Source: Amphiscolops sp. MND2022
Taxonomy: Eukaryota
DNA: 64,000 nt
Direction: 5' to 3'
Assembly: GCA_964187785.1 (NCBI GenBank)
Contig: OZ076409.1
Location: 74,402,001-74,466,000, forward strand
Part shown: positions 11,603-24,030 of the stretch, in pieces
Numbering within the stretch: position 1 is the stretch's first letter
How the letters are laid out: the number at the start of each line of letters is the position of its first letter
The notes under the pieces: model-generated
Seen by the model: only the letters and a program-made list of their open reading frames with translations
Databases searched by the model: none
Told to the model about the DNA's origin: nothing
Made by a program: the position numbers and the translations under genes

Positions 11603-12893
11603 GTGCCGGTGTTTTTTTACACAAAGGGGGATGTTGCGCGTGTGGGGAGGGTCCCTGACGCGCTCCCGGGATTTCGGATTTTTTAACCTTTACGTACCCA
11701 TCAAAAATTTTGGGATCTCGAAAACTAGCCGTACGATTTGGCTGAAACTTGGCACACGTACCCCCCTCGGCACGGTGAAGATGATTCCCTACTGACGTTT
11801 TGCTCGCTAAACATTTTTTGTTGACCAAAATAACGGTTTTTGGGGTAAAATTTTCAACTTTTTTTAAATTTCATCTTATATCTCGCCACGGGTACACGCT
11901 AGCGCTTCCAAACCTTGCTGACGAAAGTTTGCAAACTGTCTCAGGAATGCTGTGTGAAATTTTCAGCTCAATCGGACTCAAACTCGAGGAGATATAGCGT
12001 TTTTCCGGAGCGGGGGGGTTTCATTTTTCTAACGGTCCAGCTTATCTTTGCCATTTTTTCGAAAATGCACTCGCCTAAAGGCCTCCCCTGGCCGGTTTTA
12101 TTCCCAGCAAAACCATTTGGCCCTAAATACGGAGTTTCAGCGTTCCAGCATTCCCGGGCGAAAAGTTGTGGGACTGAGAAAAGTTCAAAAATTTTCAAAA
12201 AAATTTTTTTCCGTTATTTGGGCCCTCAAAGTGGGGGAAAAGACCCCCCAACCAGTAAAGCAAGTGAATGCATGTGCAAAGCCCTTGTTTGGACGAGAAA
12301 AATGCCGTTTAGAACGTCTTTTTATCTTGGCTCAACGTTGACTTATGACGTTTTGAAGGTGATGTTTGGAGGTGTAAAGCACGTGAATAGTAAACGTTAT
12401 GAGTATTTATCTGATCTGAAAGCCATTGAGATGCAATATGGTTTGCTCAAAACGTAATTCATTGCAGTTTGGCAATCAATCAACACCCTTTGTTGTCGTT
12501 TGACATACTTTTTTGTTGTTATAATAAAAAATTTTGTGTATTTATTCATTTTTTTCTCATCAAATAACTTGAAACAGTTGAGTACATTCCATCCCCCCCT
12601 TCCGGGGGAGATGAGAATGTACTCGCAAAAAGCACCGAACTACGGCCCTTACCTTCCCGAGCTACGCAGTATAAGGATTTCATATTGGTTCCGACATTTT
12701 CATAGAGTTAAATCTTGGTAATCTGTCTGGATATGCAGAAAAATCAGCACGTGCCTTTTAATACCAAGTTGCTTACAACGACAATTATTTTATATCAACG
12801 CCCCCATATTTATCAACGCCCCCCGTCCGTGGGCATGCCGAGGCATGCCCTTCGACGACGTATACCAAGATATGCGTTAACGCGTTAGCCTAG
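11603..12893 (+). mobile_element. Monomer U10, family M (1291 bp)
   Basis: Highly similar to adjacent U11. Confidence 0.6.
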
Positions 12894-14183
12894 GTGCCGG
12901 TGTTTTTTTACACAAAGGGGGATGTTGCGCGTGTGGGGAGGGTCCCTGACGCGCTCCCGGGATTTCGGATTTTTTAACCTTTACGTACCCATCAAAAATT
13001 TTGGGATCTCGAAAACTAGCCGTACGATTTGGCTGAAATTTGGCACACGTACCCCCCTCGGCACGGTGAAGATGATTTCCTACTGACGTTTTTCCCGCTA
13101 AACATTTTTTGTTGACCAAAATAACGGTTTTTGGGGTAAAATTTTCAACTTTTTTTAAATTTCATCTCATATCTTGCCACGGGTACACGCTAGCGCTTTC
13201 AAACCTTGCTGACGAAACCTTGCAAACTGTCTCAGGAATGCTGTGTGAAATTTTCAGCTCAATCGGACTTAAACTCGAGGAGATATAGCGTTTTTCCGGA
13301 GCAGGGGGGTTTCATTTTTCTAACGGTCCAGCTTATCTTTGCCATTTTTTCGAAAATGCACTCGCCTAAAGGCCTCCCCTGGCCGGTTTTACTCCCAGCA
13401 AAACCATTTGGCCCTAAATACGGAGTTTCAGCGTTCCAGCATTCCCGGGCGAAAAGTTGTGGGACTTAGAAAATTTCAAAAATTTTCAAAAAATTTTTTT
13501 TCCGTTATTTGGGCCCCCAAAGTGGGGGAAAAGACCCCCCAACCAGTAAAGCAAGTGAATGCATGTGCAAAGCCCTTGTTTGGACGAGAAAAATGCCGTT
13601 TAGAACGTCTTTTTATCTTAGGTCAACGTTGACTTATCACGTTTTGAAGGTGATGTTTGGAGGTGTAAAGCACGTGAATAGTAAACGTTATGAGTATTTA
13701 TCTGATCTGAAAGCCATTGAGATGCAATATGGTTTGCTCAAAACGTAATTCATTGCAGTTTGGCAGTCAATCAACACCCTTTGTTGTCGTTTGACATACT
13801 TTTTTGTTGTTATAATAAAAAATTTTGTGTATTTATTCATTTTTTTCTCATCAAATAACTTGAAACAGTTGAGTACATTCCATCCCCCCTTCCAGGGGAG
13901 ATGAGAATGTACTCGCAAAAAGCACCGAACTACGGCCCTTACCTTCCCGAGCTACGCAGTATAAGGATTACATATTGGTTCCGACATTTTCATAGAGTTA
14001 AATCTTGGTAATCTGTCTGGATATGCAGAAAAATCAGCACGTGCCTTTTAATACCAAGTTGCTTACAACGACAATTATTTTATATCAACGCCCCCATATT
14101 TATCAACGCCCCCCGTCCGTGGGCATGCCGAGGCATGCCCTTCGACGACGTATACCAAGATATGCGTTAACGCGTTAGCCTAG
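12894..14183 (+). mobile_element. Monomer U11, family M (1290 bp)
   Basis: Highly similar to adjacent U10. Confidence 0.6.
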
Positions 14184-15450
14184 GTGCCGGGATTTCTATT
14201 CGATAAAGTAAGTTGCGCGGTTGGGTAGGGCCCCGTGAGCGCGCCCGTGTCTGTGTTTTTTGAACCTGAATTTGCGGGTGCCAAAATAGACGATCTCCTA
14301 AACTATCCATACGATTTGGCTCAAATTTGGCATACGGGTTCCTGAGACAGATATAAGAACTAATTCCTACTGGCGTTTTGCCCGGAAAATTTTTTTTGTT
14401 GCGCAAACTTGAAATTTTTGACAAAAAAATGCGATTTTTTTTGAAAATTTTTTTTTGAGAGGCCATATCTTTTTTCAGGGTGCCCGGAGCGGGACGCGTT
14501 AAACTGATTATAAACTCTACGGTTCATGGGCTTTACAGAGAACCTAGACTCGTTTCGCTCGGACAAATAGTCTTGGAGATATAACGGTATTTTTCGGGAA
14601 TTTTTTGAAAATTTTTCTAACGGTCCAGCTTATCTTTGCCATTTTTTCGAAAATGTACTCGCCTAAAGGCCTCCCCTGGCCGGTTTTATTCCCAGCAAAA
14701 CCATTTGGCCCTAAATACGGAGTTTCAGCGTTCCAGCATTCCCGGGCGAAAAGTTATGGGACTTAGAAAATTTTTTCGAAAACGCAAAATGTGTAAAGTC
14801 AACTTCAGGCCTCCCAAAGTCAAGGAACTTCCACACAACTAGTATTGCAAGTGAATGCATGTGGAAAGTACTCGAATAGACGAGGACAATGAGCTATAGA
14901 ACGTCTCTGTATCTTAACCTGACGTTGACTTATGGGGTTTTGAAAGTGGGCTTCCTGAGGGGTCTGAAAAGCAAAAATTAAAAATGGAAACTAAGTCTTA
15001 TTGAAAACTCACCGGATTCCGTGCAATCGACCCCAGAACGTGCTCAATTGTAGTTTCCTAATCTATCAACGCCATTCAAGGTCTTTTGACTAATGTTGAA
15101 AAAATTGATACCGTATTATTCATCCGAGAGCACGAAACAGTTGAGTACATTCCATCTCCCTTTCGGGGGAGATGAGAATGTACTCGCTAAAGTCCAGGTA
15201 CTACAGCCCATATTTGTTTTTATGCGGCGCTCCTTATACTAGTGTGTAGACGTATTAATCTTTTAACTGAATTTTCTTTTGTCTACACTTTGAGTTTGAC
15301 TTGACATATACTGAAAGTTTTTGTCCTTACAACATACACATGACTTACGTCAACGCCCCATCCATGCATCAACGCCCACCGTCCGTGGGCATGCCGAGGC
15401 ATGCCCTTCGACGACCCGCACCAAAATATACGTCGAGCGCGTTAGCCTAG
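14184..15450 (+). mobile_element. Monomer U12 (1267 bp), mosaic
   Basis: Middle related to U33; tail shared with U16. Confidence 0.6.
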
Positions 15451-16738
15451 GTGCCGGGATTTCTATTCGATAAAGTATGTGGCGCGTGTGGGTAGGGTCC
15501 CTGGCGCGCTCTTGGGTATGGTGTTCACCAGCTAGGAAATAGGGGTCGATTTTTCGGGATCTCCTAAACTAGCCACACGATTTGGCTGAAATTTGGCACA
15601 CGTACCCCCCTCGTCACGGTGAAGATGATTTCCTTCTGACGTTTTTCCCGCAAAATTTTTTTTGTTGTCCAAAATAACGGTTTTTGGGGTAAAATTTTGA
15701 ACTTTTTTTAAATTTCATCTTATATCTCGCCACCGGTTTACGCTAGCGCTTCAAAATCCTGCTAAAGAAAGCTTGCAAACTGTCTCAGGAATGCGGTGTG
15801 AAATTTTCAGCTCAATCGGACTCAAACTCGGGGAGATATAGCGTTTTTCCGGAGCGGGGGGGTTTCATTTTTCTAACGGTCCAGCTTATCTTAGCCATTT
15901 TTTCGAAAATGTACTCGCCTAAAGACCTCCCCTGGCCGGTTTAATTCCCAGCAAAACCATTTGGCCCTAAATACGGAGTTTCAGCGTTCCAGCATTCTCG
16001 GGCGAAAAGTTGTGGGACTAAGAAAAATTTCAAAAATTTTCAAAAAATTTTTTTTTCGTTTTCCGCCCTCCCCCCCTAGGGGAAAAGACCCCCCAACCAG
16101 TAATTTGAGTGAATTCATGTGGAAAGGCCATGTTTAGAGGAGAAAAATGCCGTTTAGAACGTCTTTTTATCTTGGCTCAACGTTGACTTATGACGTTTTG
16201 AAGGTGATGTTTGGAGGTGTGAAGCACGTGAATAGTAAACGTTATGAGTATTTTTCTGATCTGAAAGCCATTGAGATGCAATCTGTTTTGCTCAAAACGT
16301 AATTCATATCCGTTTGGTAGTCAATCAACACCCTTTGTTGTCATTTGACATCTTTTTTTGTTGATATAAGAAAAAATTTCGTGTATTTATTAATTTTTTT
16401 CTCATCAAATAACTTGAAATAGTTGAGTACATTCCATCCCCCCTTCACGGGGGAGATGAGAATGTACTCGCAAAAAGCCCCAAACTACGGCCCTTACCTT
16501 CCTGAGCTACGCAGTATAAAGATTGCATATTGGTTCCGACATTTTGATAGAGTTATATCTTGGTAATCTGTCTGGATATGCAGAAAAACCAGCACGTGCT
16601 TTTTTATACCAAGTTGCTCACAACGGCATTTATTTTATATCAACGCCCCCATATTTATCAACGCCCCCCGTCCGTGGGCATGCCGAGGCATGCCCTTCGA
16701 CGACGTATACCAAGATATGTTCGAGCGCGTTAGCCTAG
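15451..16738 (+). mobile_element. Monomer U13, family M (1288 bp)
   Basis: Similar to U15 and U41. Confidence 0.6.
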
Positions 16739-18009
16739 GTGCCGGTGTTTTTTTACACAATGGGGGAAGTTGCGCGGTTGGGGAGGGTCCCTGACGCGCT
16801 TCCGTGGTATCGGGTCTTTCAACCGATGAAAACGCGACAAAAAATCGGGATCTCGTAAACTAGCCATACGATTTGGCTGAAATTTGGCACATAGCTCCGT
16901 TGGAACATTGTAAGAACAAATCCCTACTGACGTTTTGCCCGCTAAACATTTTTTGTTGGTCAAAAATGCGATTTTCCGACAAAATTTTTGACTTTTTTTT
17001 CTTTTAGAGCTCATATCTCGCCACAGGGTCACGCTAGCGCCTCGCAACCTATGATCGTAATTTGTAGGGCATTGTCTGTAGAACACGTATGCCAAATTTG
17101 GTGGCGATCGGACTTGAACTCAGCGAGTTAGAGCGATTTTTTAGGTGCATTTTTCGACATTTTTTGCGTTTGCTGATTTATCTCTGCCGTTTTTTGCCCA
17201 ATTTTTTTTTGAGACCCTCTCCTAAAGACCTCCCCTGGCCGGTTTACATCCCAGCAAAACCATTTGGCCCTAAATACGAAGTTTCAGCGTTCTAGCATTC
17301 CCAGGCGAAAAGTTGTGGGACTTAGAAAAATTTTTTGGAAACGCAAAATGTGTAAAGTCAACTTCAGGCCTCCCAAAGTCAAGAAACTTCCACACAACTA
17401 GGATTGCAAGTGAATGCATGTGGAAAGTACTCGAATGGACGAGAAAAATGAGCTATAGAACGACTCTGTAGCTTAACTTGACGTTGACTTATGACATTTT
17501 GAGTGTGAGCTTGCTTTGTGAGAAAAAATTCAAACCATGAAATTGGAAGCAAAGTCTTGTCGAAAACCCATCGTAACACGTTCAATCCATCCCAGAGCGG
17601 TTTATTTACAGCTGTTTACTGCAGCAACACCATTCAAGGTAGTTTGACCCATTTTTATATGTTTTGAAACTGTCTTATCCATCCGATAGCACAGAACAGT
17701 TGAGTACATTCCATCTCCCCTCCGTGGGAGATGAGAATGTACTCGCTAAAGTCCAGGTACTACTGCCCATACTTGTTTTTTTGCGGCGCTCTGTGTGCTA
17801 GTGCACACACGTATTAACCTTTTAACTGATTTTACTTTGTCTGAACTTTGACTTTGACTTGACATATACTGAACGTTTGGTCCTTACAACAAACACATGA
17901 CTTACGTCAACGCCCCATAGTTTACATCAACGCCCCCCGTCCGTGGGCATGCCGAGGCATGCCCTTCGACGACGTATAGCAAAATATATTCGAACGCGGT
18001 AGCCGCTAG
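16739..18009 (+). mobile_element. Monomer U14 (1271 bp)
   Basis: Middle related to U16/U35; CTAG|GTG boundaries. Confidence 0.6.
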
Positions 18010-19297
18010 GTGCCGGGATTTCTATTCGATAAAGTATGTGGCGCGTGTGGGTAGGGTCCCTGGCGCGCTCTTGGGTATGGTGTTCACCAGCTAGGAAATA
18101 GGGGTCGATTTTTCGGGATCTCCTAAACTAGCCACACGATTTGGCTGAAATTTGGCACACGTACTCCCCTCGGCATGGTGAAGATGATTCCCTACTAGCG
18201 TTTTGCTCGCAAAATTTTTTTTGTTGTCCAAAATAACGGTTTTTGGGGGAAAATTTTGAACTTTTTTTAAATTTCATCTTATATCTCGCCACGGGTTTAC
18301 GCTAGCGCTTCAAAACCCTGCTAAAGAAAGCTTGCAAACTGTCTCAGGAATGCTGTGTGAAATTTTCAGCTCAATCGGACTTGAACTCGGGGAGATATAG
18401 CGTTTTTCCGGAGCGGGGGGGTTTCATTTTTCTAACGGTCCAGCTTATCTTAGCCATTTTTTCGAAAATGTACTCGCCTAAAGACCTCCCCTGGCCGGTT
18501 TTATTCCCAGCAAAACCATTTGGCCCTAAATACGGAGTTTCAGCGTTCCAGCATTCCCGGGCGAAAAGTTGTGGGACTTAGAAAATTTCAAAAATTTTCA
18601 AAATTTTTTTTTTCGGTTTTCCGCCCTCCCCCCCGAGGGGAAAAGACCCCCCAACCAGTAATTTGAGTGAATTCATGTGGAAAGGCCATGTTTAGAGGAG
18701 AAAAATCCCATTTAAATCATCTTTTTATCTTTATTCAACGTTGACTTATGACGTTTTGAAGGTGATGTTTGGAGGTGTGAAGCACGTGAAAAGTAAACGT
18801 TATGAGTATTTATCTGATCTGAAAGCCATTGAGATGCAACCTGTTTTGCTCAAAACGTAATTCATATCAGTTTGGTAGTCAATCAACACCCTTTGTTGTC
18901 ATTTGACATCTTTTTTTGTTGATATAAGAAAAAATTTTGTGTATTTATTCATTTTTTTCTCATCAAATAACTTGAAACAGTTGAGTACATTCCATCCCCC
19001 CCTTTCCGGGGGAGATGAGAATGTACTCGCAAAAAGCCCCAAACTACGGCCCTTACCTTCCCGAGCTACGCAGTATAAGGATTACATATTGGTTCCGACA
19101 TTTTGATAGAGTTAAATCTTGGTAATCTGTCTGGATATGCAGAAAAATCAGCACGTGCCTTTTAATACCAAGTTGCTTACAACGACATTTATTTTATATC
19201 AACGCCCCCATATTTATCAACGCCCCCCGTCCGTGGGCATGCCGAGGCATGCCCTTCGACGACGTATACCAAGATATGTTCGAGCGCGTTAGCCTAG
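18010..19297 (+). mobile_element. Monomer U15, family M (1288 bp)
   Basis: Similar to U13, including the terminal segment. Confidence 0.6.
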
Positions 19298-20560
19298 GTG
19301 CCGGGATTTCTATTCGATAAGTAATTTTGCGCGGTTGGGTAGGGCTCCGTGAGCGCGCCAGGGGATAGTGTTAGAACAACAAGGATTTGGGCATCAGTTG
19401 GGAGCGATTTTCTAAACTATCCGTACGATTTGGCTCAAATTTGGCACGAAGCTTCCTTGGAACATTCTAAGAACAAATCCCTACTGGCGTTTTGCTGGGA
19501 AAAATCAAAAAGTTGGTCAAAAATGCGACTTTCCGACGAAATTTTCGAGTACTTTTTTTTTGAATCGTTATATCTCGCCACAGGGTTACGCTAGCGCTTC
19601 GCAACCTATGATCGTGTTTTGTAGGGCGTTGTCTGTAGAACACGTATGCCAAATTTGGTGGCAATCGGACTTAAACTCAGCGAGTTAGAGCGATTTTTTT
19701 GGTGATTTTTTTGACATTTTTTGCATTTGCCGATTTATCTCTGCCGTTTTTGCCCAGATTTTTTTTGAGACACTCTCCTAAAGACCTCCCCTGGCCGGTT
19801 TACCTCCCAGCAAAACCATTTGGCCCTAAATACGAAGTTTCAGCGTTCTAGCAATCCCGGGCGAAAAGTTATGGGACTTAGAAAATTTTTTCGAAAACGC
19901 AAAATGTGTAAAGTCAACTTCAGGCCTCCCAAAGTCAAGGAACTTCCACACAACTAGTATTGCAAGTGAATGCATGTGGAAAGTACTCGAAAAGACGAGG
20001 AAAATGAGCTATAGAACGTCTCTGTATCTTAACCTGACGTTGACTTATGGTGTTTTGAATGTGGGCTTCCTGAGGGGTCTGAAAAGCAAAAATTAAAAAT
20101 GGAAACTAAGTCTTATTGAAAACTCACCGGATTCCGTGCAATCGACCCCAGAACGTGCTCAATTGTAGTTTCCTAATCTATCAACGCCATTCAAGGTCTT
20201 TTGACTAATGTTGAAAAAATTGATACCGTATTATTCATCCGAGAGCACGAAACAGTTGAGTACATTCCATCTCCCTTTCGGGGGAGATGAGAATGTACTC
20301 GCTAAAGTCCAGCTACTACAGCCCATATTTGTTTTTATGCGGCGCTCTTTATACTAGTGTGTAGACGTATTAATCTTTTAACTGAATTTTCTTTTGTCTA
20401 CACTTTGAGTTTGACTTGACATATACTGAAAGTTTTTGACCTTACAACATACACATGACTTACGTCAACGCCCCATCCTTGCATCAACGCCCACCGTCCG
20501 TGGGCATGCCGAGGCATGCCCTTCGACGACGTATGCCCTCACTATCGCGGTAGCCGCTAG
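19298..20560 (+). mobile_element. Monomer U16 (1263 bp)
   Basis: U14-like middle, U12-like tail. Confidence 0.6.
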
Positions 20561-21836
20561 GTGCCGATCCCCTTTGGGATGCCTTAGTTTCGAGGGCGGG
20601 GTAGGGCCCCCAGCCCGAGTCCTAGTAAAAACAACTTAAGGCGATTATAACAGTGAGGTATCGATTTTCTAAACGAGCCATACGATTTGGCTGAAATTTT
20701 GCATACGGCTTCCTATAACAATCCTAAGAACTAATCCCTACTGGCGTTTTGCCCGGAAAAATCAAAAAGTGGGTCAAAATCTTAGTTTTTTGGTCGAAAA
20801 ATGGCGTTTTTTTGGAAAAATTTTTTTAAGAGCCCATATCTCGCTCCCAGGTGCTCGGAGCGGGTCTCATGTGGTCGTTGATATTGCTGGGCACTTCGTA
20901 AGGAGTCCGTAGACAAATTTTCGTACAGATCGGATGAAAATTGATAGAGTAATAGCCGCCGATTTGGCGCATTTTTTCGCAAATTTTCGAAAACCTAGTC
21001 TATCTCTGCCGTTTTTTGCCCAGATTTTTTTCCAGGACCTCTCCTAAAGGCCTCCCCTGGCCGGTTTACCTCCCAAAAAAACCATTTGGCCCTTTTGCCG
21101 CAGTTTCAGCGTTCCAGGATTCCCCGGGTAAAAGTAAAATGTCTTAGAATTTTTTCGAAAAATTTTCAAAAATTTTTTTTTCAACTTCAAGCCGCTTAAA
21201 GTCAAGAAACTTCCACACAACTAATATTGCAAGTGAATGCATGTGGAAAGTGCTTGAATAGACGAGAAAAATGAGCTATTATAAACCTCTGTAGCTTAAC
21301 CTGACGTTGACTTATGACAATTTTAGTGTGAGCTTGCTATGTGAGAAAAAATTTCAAAATTTGAAAATCGAAGTTATGTCTCATCCAAAACTCATCGGAA
21401 TACGTTCAATCCATCCCAAAGCGGTTTATTTCCAGCTATAGAGTGCAGCAACACCGTTCAAGGTTATTTGACCCATTTTAATAGGTTTGGACTCTGTCTT
21501 ATTCATCCGAAAGTTCGAAACAGTTAAGTACATTCCATCTCCCCTCCGTGGGAGATGGTAATGTACTCGCAAAAAGCCAAGTACTACCACCCTATTCTAC
21601 CCGTAGTGGTGCTAGAAATGCAGTAGCGGGAGCGCCAGGTTGTTTGCAGTAGCCTTTACGTATGTTGTGACTATGTATTACAATTCTAACTCTGTTACTA
21701 AACATGAAAAAAATTGTTTCAATCCCAAATTTTTTTTTTAACTTTAGTATGTCACCAATAAACATATATCCATCTTTCCTACTACAACCACCCTACCACG
21801 CGGCCCCTTGTCCACTGTTCAACCGTACACGTCTAG
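20561..21836 (+). mobile_element. Monomer U17 (1276 bp), lacks subterminal palindrome
   Basis: Body related to U37; ends ACACGTCTAG|GTG without GGCATGCC. Confidence 0.6.
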
Positions 21837-24030
21837 GTGGAGGTTATTTTATAATAATTAATGTGTTTTTTTCCGGAGTTTGTGGCTTTGGAAAAAACAA
21901 AAGGCGAGAAATCGGGCACTCCGGGCTGAACCGTATACACTCAAATTTCGCCCATTTTTTATACGATCTCGAAACTCAGCCGTACGATTTGGCTGAAAAT
22001 TTGCATGCGGCTACAAATTGAGATTCTAAGAACTATTTCCTGGTGACATTTTTTTGAAATTTTTGTGTACGTTTCCCCCCCGCCCCCTAAAGGGGCCAAT
22101 TTTCCCCACTTTTGCACTTATGAGTCAAATTCTCAAAACTGGTGGATCTGAGCGTATTCCCGCCAGGGACAACTTTTAACAAGCGCTCCTCAGTAGACCT
22201 TCATGACTTTTTACTTTGGTGGTACGTTCACCCCCCGAGGAGGAAATTGCGTTTTTGTGACTTCCGGTCGAGGCTTTTTTCACCCAAAAATTAGATTTAA
22301 GCCAGTTTTGAGCAGGAAGGAGTGGATTTAAAGTGCCTGTACCCTGCTAAAAATTTGTTGGGCTTGTAGCGATATATCTCATACCAAGTCTGGTTTTCAC
22401 CCCCAAACCCCCCTTGAGACCAAAATTCACCCAAAGTTTTTTTACCTCTGTTTGTAGTTTTTTTACCGAATATCGTCATTTCCATGGGTAAGGAGTTGAA
22501 TTAGGGGCTCCTAATAGGGTACCAATGTTCAAGTACACTTGCAGTGCAACTGATTGACCCTTTTTGGGCCTCTCCTGTGTTCGGCAAGGACCGGAAGCGG
22601 TGTAACCCCCCCTTTTTTGACGTTTGTTGACCTTGAGACTCGCGCTTAGATGACGTTTATGTCGCGCGAATCCTACAAACAAGTATTAGGATGACATGCT
22701 AGCCAACTAGAGAGCAGTAAGGGAAACAATATTATACCGGAAGTAACCCCCCGTGACCGGAAGTTGTCATTTTTGACCGCAAATGGTCCAAAACCTAGCG
22801 TAAAAGCAGTTTTTCATTGCTTTTAAAGTCAACTTCTTACATTTTTCAATCTGCGCGAGCTTTTCTTCAGGTTCGTTTTTGTTGCCAGTGCACAGCAACG
22901 AATATACAACTGTAAAATTTTCGCTATAATTTTGTCGGAGAGAGAAATAACGGATTATTTGGACTTTTTTTCAAAAATATTAGTCTACATCTGTCATTTT
23001 TACCCAATGTTACTCAACAGTAGAACCACAGGTTTTATTCTCTGCCCAAAAATATGCCTAACAAATTCACCTGTCCCTTTGGTTGCAGTTTGAGCATTCT
23101 AGCTTTACCTGGTCACAAGTTAGGGGACTTGAAAAAGTTTCAAAAATTTTTCCGAAAAATTTTTCTAAACGTCATGTCTCCCAAAGTTAAGAAACTTCCG
23201 CACAACTAGGATTACAAGTGAATGCACGTGGTAAGACCTATAATTGGAGAGAAAAATTCAGTTTGGAACGTCTCTTTATCGTAACGTGACGTTAAGAGAA
23301 GTTGCTTTGAATGCGAGCTTGATGAGACGTCGAGAAGTAACAGTGTGTAAATGGAACCTATGTCTCGACAAATACTCATCGGAATACATGAGATGAACCC
23401 CAATTACCCTCAATTTCAGTTGCCTAGTACAACAACGTCTTCCAAGGACCCTTTAATCTTTTTGATAAGCGTTGAAGTCATCATTAGCTTGAGTTCGCAA
23501 GAAACAATTGAGTACATTCTCATCTCTCCCCATCGGGTGAGATGAGAATGTTTTTGCTAAAAGCCAGGTACTACGGCCCAATTTTGTTTTATTGCGACGC
23601 ATTCTGTGCTTTAGCACATAGATACTTTTATTCCGTCTCACTTTTTGTATACACTCTGATTTGTTGTTATAAATTTCTCGTCATTACTTTACATAAACTA
23701 ATCACCATAAAACTTTAACGTCAAAGCCACATTCATTTAGACGCCCACCATTCCGTAGGTATGCCGAGGTATGCCATTCAAAGATGTATGTCAAACGCAA
23801 ATGCGATAAAATTAGTGCTGAAAATCGGAAACAGTGACAAACAGTTTTGACTTTTTGATATTTGTTAGGTTTTCATATGGAACTTACACATCACTGACAA
23901 TTCAAAACATTCCAGCTGACGCTCACATACAAACATCAACGCCCACCGTCTGTGGGCATGCCGAGGCATGCCCTTCGACGACGTATAGCAAATTCCTTTA
24001 ATATCTACACCCAATTGCGGTAGCAGCTAG
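21837..24030 (+). mobile_element. Monomer U18 (2194 bp), long chimeric unit
   Basis: U19-like front half, diverged main-type back half, relic terminus at ~23717-23820. Confidence 0.55.
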
